Assembly (NCBI GenBank): GCA_030586555.1
Contig: JAURAC010000029.1
Coordinates: 1-40,311, forward strand
Length of the DNA stretch: 40,311 nucleotides
Source: Candidatus Subterrananammoxibius californiae
Lineage (GTDB): Bacteria > Planctomycetota > Brocadiia > Brocadiales > Subterrananammoxibiaceae
Direction: 5' to 3'
The first letter of the stretch is position 1. The number at the start of each line of letters is the position of its first letter. The translations under genes were made by a program, and so were the position numbers. A model generated the notes under the pieces. It did no database searches. It was given only the letters and a program-made list of their open reading frames with translations, and was not told the origin of the DNA. Positions 17,127 through 25,483 of this stretch are shown piece by piece.

Positions 17127-18851
17127 TTATTCCATGTTAAAGCTGGATTTTATGACTATCTCTTCTAGTGCCTGAATGTCCTCCTGAGAGAGACCCCCAC
17201 TTTGAGGTGGAACAGCGGCTTGAGCCTCGAGTGACGCAGCCTCAAGCGATGGTACTACCTCTGCACGACTCACGGGCTGAACAGGTGCCGGCTCAGGGCG
17301 TGGCTGCGGAGGTATCGTGCGTGGCTGCGGAGGTATCGTGCGTAGCGGAGGTATCGGGCGTGGCGGAATAGGGCCAGGACCCGGGCCGGGGCCCATGCAT
17401 CGCACCTTCGCCAGCAACACAGCCTTATGGACATCTGCCAAGCCGTCGCCCGTCGCTGTATCTGGACCAGGGGTCGCAGGGAGACCGCTTGAAGAAGTGT
17501 TGCAGTTGCCTTGTGTCACGTCGCGCGCCGTCTTTCTCATGATATCGCGCACGTTAGACGGAGTGAGGCGTGGACACGCCTCTTTAATAAGGGCAGCCAT
17601 CCCAGCCAGTTGCGGTGCCGCGGCTGAGGTGCCACTGAAAGCAGCCCACCCGTCGTTGTTTGCCGTCTCATCGCCATTCGGGTGGGTGCCCCCGCTGTTG
17701 CCTTGATCGATCCCGTCTCCTGGCTCTAAAGGCAGCATGATATATATTGCTTTAGGCTTCATACCTACGAGACCACACAAGTCAGGTACTCGCCGTCCTG
17801 CATAGATGTTGCTCATGAATCCACTCGCGTAGTCCGATGCACGGAGCGACTCGTTAGAGGCCATAAACACACCACCAGCCGCGATGCAGTCGGGGTGCTG
17901 CGCTGGAAAGCCCCAGTGACCATTGCCAGCCGAGAAGATGACGATAATGCCAGATGCCCACGCAGTAGCCACAGCAGCGGCGAGAGCTTGGTCGGCCGCA
18001 CTCAGCGGGCCGGTTTGGTTGCTACTTCCCCAGGAACATGTGATGATGTCAGGACGCAGAGCCACCGCAGCGTTGAAGGCGCCTATGGTGTTAGTGAAAC
18101 TTATCTTCACAGGCAGCAATTCCACGTCAGGGGCGACAGAGAAAATATTAGCCGACTCCCCAGTTCCATGGCCCACTTCGTCCCTTAGCGGGTTAGCTGC
18201 TCCAGGCCCCAGAATCACAGGCGCAACCCGATAGCCGCGCGCTGTGAAAAATGGATGCGCGTAGTGGCCACTGTCCACCATCGCCACCCGAATTCCCTTG
18301 CCGGTGGTTCTTCCACGGTGTGCCCGGTCGGCATTGAGAGCCAGTGACACCCCAGCAGGAACGTCGAGGTGCCAGTAAGCCTTCAGAGGCGGGAACATGG
18401 ATGGAACCATGTAGTATCGTGGCTCTTCGATAGCCACACCCTCAAGCACATCCTCGAACGGTGTGCCCGCCGTCGAGATCAAGCCCGGCAGAGGTGTGTC
18501 TGGACACTCAATAAATTCGGCCACGTCTTTTACAGCCCCCGGCTTGATCACAGGACGCTGCTCGATGACCAAGCTCGTGCGGAATGCCTTCTCATAAGTC
18601 GCCTGACTGCCCGCAATATTAATAGTCATTGATGTGATCTGGAGAATCTCAAAGCCTGCCTCGCGGAGGCGGTTAGCTGCAGCATCAATAACCTGTGGTT
18701 CGGATTGGAAGCGGTCCACATTGTCCGCCCTGATGTTAGTCTGGGCATCAAACAACGAAACAAGGCCGATGGACTTTGGAGAGGCCTGTGCAAATATCTT
18801 TTTGGGCATGACTGCCGCCGCTTTCTTAACTGATTCTCTTGCCTTTGCCAT
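17127..18851 (-). CDS. S8 (subtilase) serine peptidase with a prodomain and a Pro-rich repeat C-terminal tail; no signal peptide
   Basis: Catalytic triad VAMVDSG / GHGT / FSGTSAAAP; oxyanion SAGNG; ATG at 18851 after AAGGAGG. Confidence 0.94.
   Translation of the reverse strand: MAKARESVKKAAAVMPKKIFAQASPKSIGLVSLFDAQTNIRADNVDRFQSEPQVIDAAANRLREAGFEILQITSMTINIAGSQATYEKAFRTSLVIEQRPVIKPGAVKDVAEFIECPDTPLPGLISTAGTPFEDVLEGVAIEEPRYYMVPSMFPPLKAYWHLDVPAGVSLALNADRAHRGRTTGKGIRVAMVDSGHYAHPFFTARGYRVAPVILGPGAANPLRDEVGHGTGESANIFSVAPDVELLPVKISFTNTIGAFNAAVALRPDIITCSWGSSNQTGPLSAADQALAAAVATAWASGIIVIFSAGNGHWGFPAQHPDCIAAGGVFMASNESLRASDYASGFMSNIYAGRRVPDLCGLVGMKPKAIYIMLPLEPGDGIDQGNSGGTHPNGDETANNDGWAAFSGTSAAAPQLAGMAALIKEACPRLTPSNVRDIMRKTARDVTQGNCNTSSSGLPATPGPDTATGDGLADVHKAVLLAKVRCMGPGPGPGPIPPRPIPPLRTIPPQPRTIPPQPRPEPAPVQPVSRAEVVPSLEAASLEAQAAVPPQSGGLSQEDIQALEEIVIKSSFNME
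17299..17393 (-). repeat. Coding tandem repeat: GPGPGP-IPPRP-IPPLRT-IPPQPRT-IPPQPR
   Basis: Two exact 21-nt units CGTGGCTGCGGAGGTATCGTG (17299-17340) plus 18-nt and 15-nt variants. Confidence 0.9.
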
Positions 18852-19220
18852 AACTATTCCTCCTTTAGTCAATTAAAGTTTTCTTTTTTCATAGTTTTGC
18901 TTTCAAGGTTTAAGAACTTAAACGAAAAGTTTTTTTACTACCACCTCCTTTCTCCGCCTGCAATGAGCAGATAACATTCTTGGCGGAGAAGAAGCTCGAA
19001 GGTTTTTGATGTCAATCTTTTCCGCCATGTTATCTGCCGTTGTGGGTAGGACTTATTTATATTGCTTTCTCAAGATAAATCTGTCCTCTTTTCTCTCCGA
19101 AACATCAATAACCCTTTTGATTGGTCCCTATTGAAGCTGGTGCGTTTGCACGTAGACAGGTTGTGAACCAAAGAAGGCTTATTGTAGTTAGAAATAATTT
19201 GCGTAATAGGTTTGGAGTGC

Positions 19221-19324
19221 CACAGACAAATTCACCAAAACGATAGGCGGACTCGCCAATCTTTTGGGCGAGCAAGTTTGTCCATGGTATCCTTAGCCGA
19301 AGGCGACGGAATACCATGCCACCC
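19221..19324 (-). repeat. GGGTGG-type REP carrying two nested palindromic insertions
   Basis: CACAGACAAA[insert]CAAGTTTGTCCATG[insert]CCACCC. Confidence 0.8.
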
Positions 19325-19492
19325 AAAAGCAAAAGACCTGCTCTTGAGAGAAAGAGAGAGAGAGAACTTGCATACAACATTACAATGCTCCTCTTTGTTG
19401 TGTGCTGTGATGCTCTGCTCTATGTTATAAGGAATGGGGACAATGGATTGTTAGAGATGCAAGGTTGGTGTTTCCCCACTCGCTCTGCGTAA

Positions 19493-19520
19493 ATTATATA
19501 AAGCATAATCGGTTTGTCAA
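19493..19520 (-). promoter_or_regulatory. Consensus sigma70 promoter facing the protease operon
   Basis: TTGACA-N16-TATAAT on the minus strand. Confidence 0.65.
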
Positions 19521-19548
19521 TACAATTTTCCAGACGTTTGTGAAAAAA

Positions 19549-19893
19549 CTATTTTGCAGAAAAAATCATTTTCCCTTCTCTTTTTGCCCGGCGCATGATG
19601 ATTGATTCTTTGTCAATATTTTCAAATTCTTCGGGGGTATAACCGATAATATCCATTGGAACGGAGCAGGTCAATTTGCTCTTTCTAAGTTTAGAGAGTA
19701 GCACTAATCTTTCCATAAACTCTAACTGTTTAAAATCGGGGGATATAATTACCAAATCAACATCACTGTCCTCTCTTATTTTACCTGTGGCATAACTGCC
19801 AAACAGAAAAACCCCTTCTATTTTAATATCAGAAGGAAATCCCTTTATATATTCTGAAACTAATTTTCTAACGTTAATTTTTTTTCTATCCAT
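19549..19893 (-). CDS. Minimal nucleotidyltransferase (MNT antitoxin-like)
   Basis: FLFGSYATG...SDVDLVIIS and DIIGYTPEE. Confidence 0.9.
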   Translation of the reverse strand: MDRKKINVRKLVSEYIKGFPSDIKIEGVFLFGSYATGKIREDSDVDLVIISPDFKQLEFMERLVLLSKLRKSKLTCSVPMDIIGYTPEEFENIDKESIIMRRAKREGKMIFSAK

Positions 19894-19923
19894 AGGAATA
19901 GCCTTTTAGTCCTTGAATTCAGA
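19860..19923 (-). pseudogene. C-terminal remnant of a HEPN-domain protein overlapping the MNT start
   Basis: An alternative frame reads LNSRTKRLFLWIEKKLTLEN*, resembling a HEPN terminal helix; upstream sequence is heptamer repeats. Confidence 0.45.
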
Positions 19924-20021
19924 GTACAGACAACAGAAGACAGACAACAGACAAAAACCTGTGCGCTGTGTTCTGTTCTTTAAATTCCGCAATCCGCAAT
20001 CCGAATTCCGCATTTCTTAAT

Positions 20022-20582
20022 CTATTTAATCTTGGAAAAGTCTAACTCGTATTCCCTTTCGTGTGAATCAACCTTGAGGATGATTGTTGTCTTTGCCTTG
20101 GGGTCTATGGTGGAGTAAGGGAAAACGGCGTTTACACTCGTCCAGTCTTCCCTCATCCTTATGCCAGGCCTCATTTCCTTCGGCTTTATAACCTTATCGC
20201 CCTGTATTAACTCAATATAAACTTCTTTTGGAAATGCGCCGAGTTCTTCCCTTACGTTGCCGAGTATTTCCAGCTCGTTAGATTTAAGGATTTCGTTAAC
20301 TTCCTCCTCTGTTAGCTTTTTATCCCTTCGTGCATTCATTGCCGCAAGAACGGATATTAATGTGAGCTTGCTTTTAACAAACCCGCCGTCTGACTCGGGC
20401 CACCTGCCATAAATAGCCCTCTTTAATGGTTCTACCTTGAATATATCGGCGCTGTGTGCCTCACCGAACTTTATAGCCTCATCTATATCCTTCTTTGTAG
20501 GCTTAAGCTCAATTGCCATAGCGACATTTGAGAGAAGAATACAAGATACTATTAACGATATGCACGTTTTCTTTACATCCAT
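20022..20582 (-). CDS. Exported hypothetical protein
   Basis: Signal peptide-like N-terminus ending AMA-IE; AAGGAG Shine-Dalgarno. Confidence 0.8.
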   Translation of the reverse strand: MDVKKTCISLIVSCILLSNVAMAIELKPTKKDIDEAIKFGEAHSADIFKVEPLKRAIYGRWPESDGGFVKSKLTLISVLAAMNARRDKKLTEEEVNEILKSNELEILGNVREELGAFPKEVYIELIQGDKVIKPKEMRPGIRMREDWTSVNAVFPYSTIDPKAKTTIILKVDSHEREYELDFSKIK

Positions 20583-20610
20583 TGTTATAACTCCTTTCTT
20601 AAGGAAGGTC

Positions 20611-21135
20611 TCAGGTCTTCCTCGGTTTCAAAACCTCTTTAATCTGCCTGAGGGCGAATTTGTGGTCTTCTTTGGTTAGGGCGGCAACGCAATCTTCCGG
20701 CACGGTAACACCATAACCCCTCATGTAGGCATCTACGGCTGTGTATAATATGCAGATGTTAGTACATACGCCTGTAAGTATCAGATGGTTTACGCCGAGT
20801 CTCCTCAGGGTACTATCAAGTGTGGACTCAAAAAAGTTGGAGTAGGTTGTCTTTGGGATTATAGAATCGCCCTTCTGCGGCTTGAGTTCGTCAATTATAT
20901 CAGCACCCTTCGTGCCTTCGACAGCATGGGGGGGCCAAATCCTGAACTCAGGGTCATCCTTCTTATGCCTATCGCAACAGTACAGGATCGGTATATTAGT
21001 CTTGCGGGCATTCTCTATCTGCCTCTGGATGTTTGCAACTATATCCCTTCCCCCGGAAACCTCAAGAGGAGCGCCCTTGTCTATAAAATCCCTCAGCATG
21101 TCAGTAATAAGCAACGCCTTTACCTCTTTATTCAT
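20611..21135 (-). CDS. Isochorismatase-family cysteine hydrolase (nicotinamidase-like)
   Basis: ITDMLRDF, DRH, WPPHA, PKTTYS and GVCTNICI. The longer ORF start at 21186 falls inside a REP. Confidence 0.9.
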   Translation of the reverse strand: MNKEVKALLITDMLRDFIDKGAPLEVSGGRDIVANIQRQIENARKTNIPILYCCDRHKKDDPEFRIWPPHAVEGTKGADIIDELKPQKGDSIIPKTTYSNFFESTLDSTLRRLGVNHLILTGVCTNICILYTAVDAYMRGYGVTVPEDCVAALTKEDHKFALRQIKEVLKPRKT

Positions 21136-21158
21136 TGTGCTTATTTCCTTTTTGGTGA

Positions 21159-21188
21159 CACGGACAAACAAGTTTGTCCATGCCACCC
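21159..21188 (-). repeat. GGGTGG-type REP
   Basis: CACGGACAAACAAGTTTGTCCATGCCACCC. Confidence 0.85.
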
Positions 21189-21194
21189 TTTACT

Positions 21195-22790
21195 TTAAAG
21201 TTTTTGTAACTTTGCATATACTCTGAAGTCAATTTCCTGAAATATGCTATCCTTATATTCAATGTCTTGCAGCCATGTAAGGTCAATCTGGTTTTTTTTA
21301 ATCTGTTCATAAAGGGTAATAAATCTACTTATGTGCTCTCTGGTTCTTCTTTCCGCATAGGGAGCCATTGTGCCGGCGGTCATGATAAAAGCCCAATCAC
21401 TGCTCTGTGCCAATAGTAATTCACGAGCCGCCAGATTAAGCGCCCTTTTAGTATCCCCTTCTGCATTATAATATGAATTAGCTAATTCTATCATCCTTTC
21501 TTCTGCCTTATGGAGATGCCTGTAAATCCAGTCGTTTGACCCGTTAAGCCAGACCTCGTTGTAGCCTTTATCGCCCCATGTAGATTGGGAAGGCGTTACT
21601 ATTTGCGCCTTAGGATTTTCACTGATGTACTCACTCGGGGTTATAAGTTTCAGTTCTTGCTGGTCGCAGGCAATCTTCCTTATCAAGTAATTCAGGAATT
21701 GAGGTCCCTCAAACCACCAATGACCATATAACTCTGCATCGTATGGTGAAATAATTATAGACTTAATGCCGAGATGTTCGCTGAGATACCTTGCCTGAGC
21801 CTGGCGGTTAAACATAAAATTGCCCGCATGTTCAGCCGCCTTTTCTCTTGCGGCATTAGGGTCATAAGGCTGCTTATCAGAAAGGGGAACGTTGCCCGTT
21901 ATTTTATAATATTTTATCCCAACATTTCTCCTAACGCCGTCAGCATGTAGATACGGTCTTATGTAGTCGTAATCAGCATCATAGCCAAGGTCCCTGTAAA
22001 ATTCCCTGTAATTCCAATCACCGGGATAGCCGTCCTTTGCGCTCCAGACCTGTTTTGAGGACTCTACGTCGCGTCCGAAGACTGCTACCCCGTTAGGACA
22101 AAGAATAGGGGCAAATATGCCATATTTAGGTCTCGGAGAACCGTGTAAAATTCCATGTGTATCCAAGATAAAAAATTCTACACCTGCCTTTTTTAGCTCT
22201 GCCTCAATTCCAGGACGATAACCGCACTCTGGCAGCCAGAATCCTTTTGGCAACTTGCCAAAATGTTTTTTATAATTGTTACATCCAGCCTGTACCTGTG
22301 CATGAATGGCATCTTCTGTTAACATCAGAGGGAGAAAGCCATGCGTGGCGGCAGAGGTAATTATCTCTAACTTCCCTGCACTTTGAAATTTTCTGAAGGC
22401 ATCGAGAATATTTCTCTTATATACGTCCTCATAAATATACCTGACCTTTGAGAGCCTTTGCTGGTACATAAGGGCGGTATTATGAAATGGGGTATTCCTT
22501 GTATGGTGAACCTCCCTTTCCATTAGTTCCACACGTTTATTTATGTAACGTGCGCACCTATCCTGAAGCAATGGGTCAACAAGCATCTCACAAAGGGGCG
22601 GGGTTAAGGACATCGTGATGCGGAAGTCAATATTATCATCAAGGAGGCCCTGGTAGACGTCTATCAGAGGTATGTAAGTCTCTGTAACTGCCTCAAAAAG
22701 CCAGTCTTCCTCCAGAAACTCCTCATGTTCTGGATGCTTTACAAAAGGCAGATGTGTATGCAGGATAATTGCTAAATACCCGATAGGCAT
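21195..22790 (-). CDS. GH57 1,4-alpha-glucan branching enzyme (DUF1957 C-terminus)
   Basis: HTHLP, ETYIPL, WLPECGY, PYDAELYGHWWFEG and AQSSDWAF. Confidence 0.93.
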   Translation of the reverse strand: MPIGYLAIILHTHLPFVKHPEHEEFLEEDWLFEAVTETYIPLIDVYQGLLDDNIDFRITMSLTPPLCEMLVDPLLQDRCARYINKRVELMEREVHHTRNTPFHNTALMYQQRLSKVRYIYEDVYKRNILDAFRKFQSAGKLEIITSAATHGFLPLMLTEDAIHAQVQAGCNNYKKHFGKLPKGFWLPECGYRPGIEAELKKAGVEFFILDTHGILHGSPRPKYGIFAPILCPNGVAVFGRDVESSKQVWSAKDGYPGDWNYREFYRDLGYDADYDYIRPYLHADGVRRNVGIKYYKITGNVPLSDKQPYDPNAAREKAAEHAGNFMFNRQAQARYLSEHLGIKSIIISPYDAELYGHWWFEGPQFLNYLIRKIACDQQELKLITPSEYISENPKAQIVTPSQSTWGDKGYNEVWLNGSNDWIYRHLHKAEERMIELANSYYNAEGDTKRALNLAARELLLAQSSDWAFIMTAGTMAPYAERRTREHISRFITLYEQIKKNQIDLTWLQDIEYKDSIFQEIDFRVYAKLQKL

Positions 22791-23611
22791 TATTTGCCTT
22801 GCTCTTTCCGCTGAGTTTGAAGAATTGGAGACCCTGGAACATGCGCCTCAAACAACCAACCCTCGTACCATCGCCCGCCGGGAGATACCCATGTAACACC
22901 CTCCGGGGTCGCCTTCTTAAACTCTCTGAATACAAAGCCCCAGTATTCGGCATATTCCCGGGATGTGCCAGCACGTGGTGTCTGCACGGGATTTGAACTG
23001 GCGAGGGTCAAGAACTCGCCGTGCTGGGTGGAAAATCCCAAATCAATGATATAGCCTTTATCATCAGTAACCCATAAGTACCAATTCCTTGCATCAACGT
23101 TGATAGGCACACCGTAGTAAGCATCTTCACCAAAATGATGAACACGCAGAGACCAGTATTTTGGTCCCTTATGATAGTTCAGTATCTCCTGGCTCTTAAA
23201 TCCTTTTAGGTCCCAATAGACAAATATGCAATGGGGGTCTCTTACAAGGGCAACAATCCTGTCATCCCCATAGTGTTCAGGCAGTAAGGGTCCACGGTCT
23301 ATGTAAGGCTGGGCTTCAATGCGGACCCTCAGCTCTTCCCTCTTGAGGGGAGGGACAGGTGGGGCTGAAACAGATGGTTTAACGGGCTTCTCTTCTGGAG
23401 GGGTAATGATTTTAACCTCCTCTTTTACAGTAGGGGCGTATCGCAATACGCCCCTATCTTTCGTTTCTTCTTTTGGCAGATGTTTACTACAAAAAGAGTA
23501 AAATCTTTCCGCCAACCGTGGTGAAAGAAGAGACAATAAATCTCTTATAAGTTTAACAATTGTCCAGAGTATTTCAGTCAGTGATGGGTTATACTGATAG
23601 CTTTTTTTCAT
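22790..23611 (-). CDS. DUF4912-domain protein
   Basis: LPEHYGDDRIVALVRDPHCIFVYWD and SNPVQTPR; TAATG-coupled to the branching enzyme gene. Confidence 0.85.
   Translation of the reverse strand: MKKSYQYNPSLTEILWTIVKLIRDLLSLLSPRLAERFYSFCSKHLPKEETKDRGVLRYAPTVKEEVKIITPPEEKPVKPSVSAPPVPPLKREELRVRIEAQPYIDRGPLLPEHYGDDRIVALVRDPHCIFVYWDLKGFKSQEILNYHKGPKYWSLRVHHFGEDAYYGVPINVDARNWYLWVTDDKGYIIDLGFSTQHGEFLTLASSNPVQTPRAGTSREYAEYWGFVFREFKKATPEGVTWVSPGGRWYEGWLFEAHVPGSPILQTQRKEQGK
23430..23457. repeat. GTAG-type REP (empty 28-nt form) within the DUF4912 reading frame
   Basis: GTAGGGGCGTATCGCAATACGCCCCTAT; translates as RGVLRYAPT. Confidence 0.8.
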
Positions 23612-23755
23612 AGAATCGTAGATTTCTCCTGCTTTTTTGAAAGAAAGCGCTTCAATAGAAAATTATAAATGGAAAATTAAAAAATAAAAATTCAATTATT
23701 TTAATTTTAAATTTTTCATTTAGGTATTTCTATTTATTTTTTTTAAGGCAGGCCA

Positions 23756-24997
23756 TTACAGAGGCATCTCCTTGGGAACCACTACAATGCCCTTTTCTGT
23801 GATAGTAAAGTGTTTAGCATCCTCCTCAAGGTTATAACCAATACACATGCCATCAGGAACAACCACGGATTTGTCTATGATAGCCCTGCGTATCTTTGCA
23901 TGTTTACCAATGCGTACGTGTTCCATAATAATTGAATCGTAAACCTCTGAGTGGCAATCAATCCTGACGTCTGGGGAAAGTAATGACCGCTCTACCCTTG
24001 CGCCGCTGATAATACAGCCTGCAGATACAATGGAATTTAACGTAACTCCCATGCGGCCACCCGAATACGCCTCCGCAAAGACGGTCTTTACAGGTGGATA
24101 TTGCTCCTGATAGGTGCGTATAGGCCAATCTTTGTCATAAAGATTAAATATCGGGTCAACGGCAACGAGGTCCATGTTTGCCTCCCAGTAGGCATCAAGT
24201 GTACCAATATCCCGCCAATATTTCACCTCTTTTTTATTTTCATCCTTAAAGTCGTATGCATATATCACATCTCTTCCAATTATTGCAGGGATAATGTTTT
24301 TCCCAAAATCGTGTTCCGATGGCTTCTTTACATCTTCTATTGTGCGCTGAACGAGGGTCTTTGTATTAAAGAGGTATATACCCATAGAGACCATCGCCTT
24401 ATCAGGGTTACCTGGCAATGGTTTTGGGTCGGACGGCTTTTCCTCAAAATTAATTATCCTGAAATCCTTGTCAACCTGAATTACTCCAAAACGCTTCGCA
24501 TCCTGAACCGGCACCTCAATGCATGGTATGGTTAAATCTGCCTTTTTTTCTTCATGATAGGCAAGCATATCTCTGTAGTCCATCTTGTAGACATGGTCAC
24601 CTGCCAAGATTAGCACCTTTTCTGGCCGTTCTCTTTCGAGTGTATATATATTTTGATACACTGCATCGGCAGTGCCGCGATACCACTCCTGGCTGATTCT
24701 TTGTTGCGGGGGTATGGCTTCGATATATTCATCGAGCGCTGTATTAAAGATGTTCCAGCCGACCATTAAGTGTCTGTCGAGTGAAAAGGATTTATACTGG
24801 GTTAATACAGCAATTTTGCGTAACCCAGAGTTCAGGCAGTTACTTAGAGTAAAATCAATTATGCGGTAAATCCCGCCGAATGGCACGGCAGGTTTAGCCC
24901 TGTCTTTAGTTAGGGGATAAAGCCTCTCACCCTGTCCACCTGCAAGAATCATGACAAATATATTTTTAAAAATATTAAAATCGTAAGAATGTCTCAT
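23756..24997 (-). CDS. glgC: Glucose-1-phosphate adenylyltransferase
   Basis: LAGGQGERLYPLT, RAKPAVPFGG, GTADAVYQN, SMGIY and YWRDIGT; start at 24997 or 25012. Confidence 0.97.
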   Translation of the reverse strand: MRHSYDFNIFKNIFVMILAGGQGERLYPLTKDRAKPAVPFGGIYRIIDFTLSNCLNSGLRKIAVLTQYKSFSLDRHLMVGWNIFNTALDEYIEAIPPQQRISQEWYRGTADAVYQNIYTLERERPEKVLILAGDHVYKMDYRDMLAYHEEKKADLTIPCIEVPVQDAKRFGVIQVDKDFRIINFEEKPSDPKPLPGNPDKAMVSMGIYLFNTKTLVQRTIEDVKKPSEHDFGKNIIPAIIGRDVIYAYDFKDENKKEVKYWRDIGTLDAYWEANMDLVAVDPIFNLYDKDWPIRTYQEQYPPVKTVFAEAYSGGRMGVTLNSIVSAGCIISGARVERSLLSPDVRIDCHSEVYDSIIMEHVRIGKHAKIRRAIIDKSVVVPDGMCIGYNLEEDAKHFTITEKGIVVVPKEMPL

Positions 24998-25027
24998 ATA
25001 CCCCAAACCCACTGTTTACATGACAAA

Positions 25028-25057
25028 CATGAACAAACAAGTTTGTCCATACCACCC
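25028..25057 (-). repeat. GGGTGG-type REP
   Basis: CATGAACAAACAAGTTTGTCCATACCACCC. Confidence 0.8.
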
Positions 25058-25064
25058 GGTATGC

Positions 25065-25424
25065 CTACGCATTTATGTTGAGCATTTCTTTTATTTTATT
25101 CTTTAATTCAGTTAAATCAGATGACTTGACAATGTAGGCATCGGCAGACCAGGTCATAAAGTTGTCCTTATAGCTACTGTAAGCCGTATTAATAATGATA
25201 GGGATTTTGCTGTGCTTTGCAAGTATCTTACCCATAGCTTCTATACCATCCATAGTGGGCATGGTAATATCCATTACTATAATGTCCGGGACGCATTCCT
25301 CGACCCTTGCAATTGCCTCTTTGCCATTTTTTGCGAGCATTACGTTGTAACCTTCAAGACTCAACTCCTGCTCGTAAAGCAAGCCTTGATTTTTGTCATC
25401 CTCTACAACCAGAACAGTTTTCAT
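25065..25424 (-). CDS. Single-domain response regulator
   Basis: VLVVEDD, MDITMP, NTAY and VKS; ATG after GGAGG. Confidence 0.93.
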   Translation of the reverse strand: MKTVLVVEDDKNQGLLYEQELSLEGYNVMLAKNGKEAIARVEECVPDIIVMDITMPTMDGIEAMGKILAKHSKIPIIINTAYSSYKDNFMTWSADAYIVKSSDLTELKNKIKEMLNINA

Positions 25425-25483
25425 AACATTACCTCCGCTCAGATGTGTCCGCGAGTTAAGGGTCAAGACTCGGGACGCAAGAC

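Noticed and set aside
15171..18876. Short overlapping or antisense ORFs in the protease/radical SAM island considered as precursor peptides
   Set aside because: They overlap well-supported genes, lack leader-like features and are expected in GC-richer DNA
18871..18892. Tiny ORF MKKENFN* just upstream of the protease
   Set aside because: Too short, no appropriately spaced Shine-Dalgarno, and no precursor features
18967..19037. AAC...GTT inverted repeat considered as an integron attC site
   Set aside because: Box spacing and extrahelical pattern do not fit the canonical attC layout; no second site or integrase is present
19100..19490. Possible cobalamin riboswitch upstream of the B12-dependent enzyme
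   Set aside because: Only an AAGACCTGC-like fragment is present, on the wrong strand; the other conserved elements were not found
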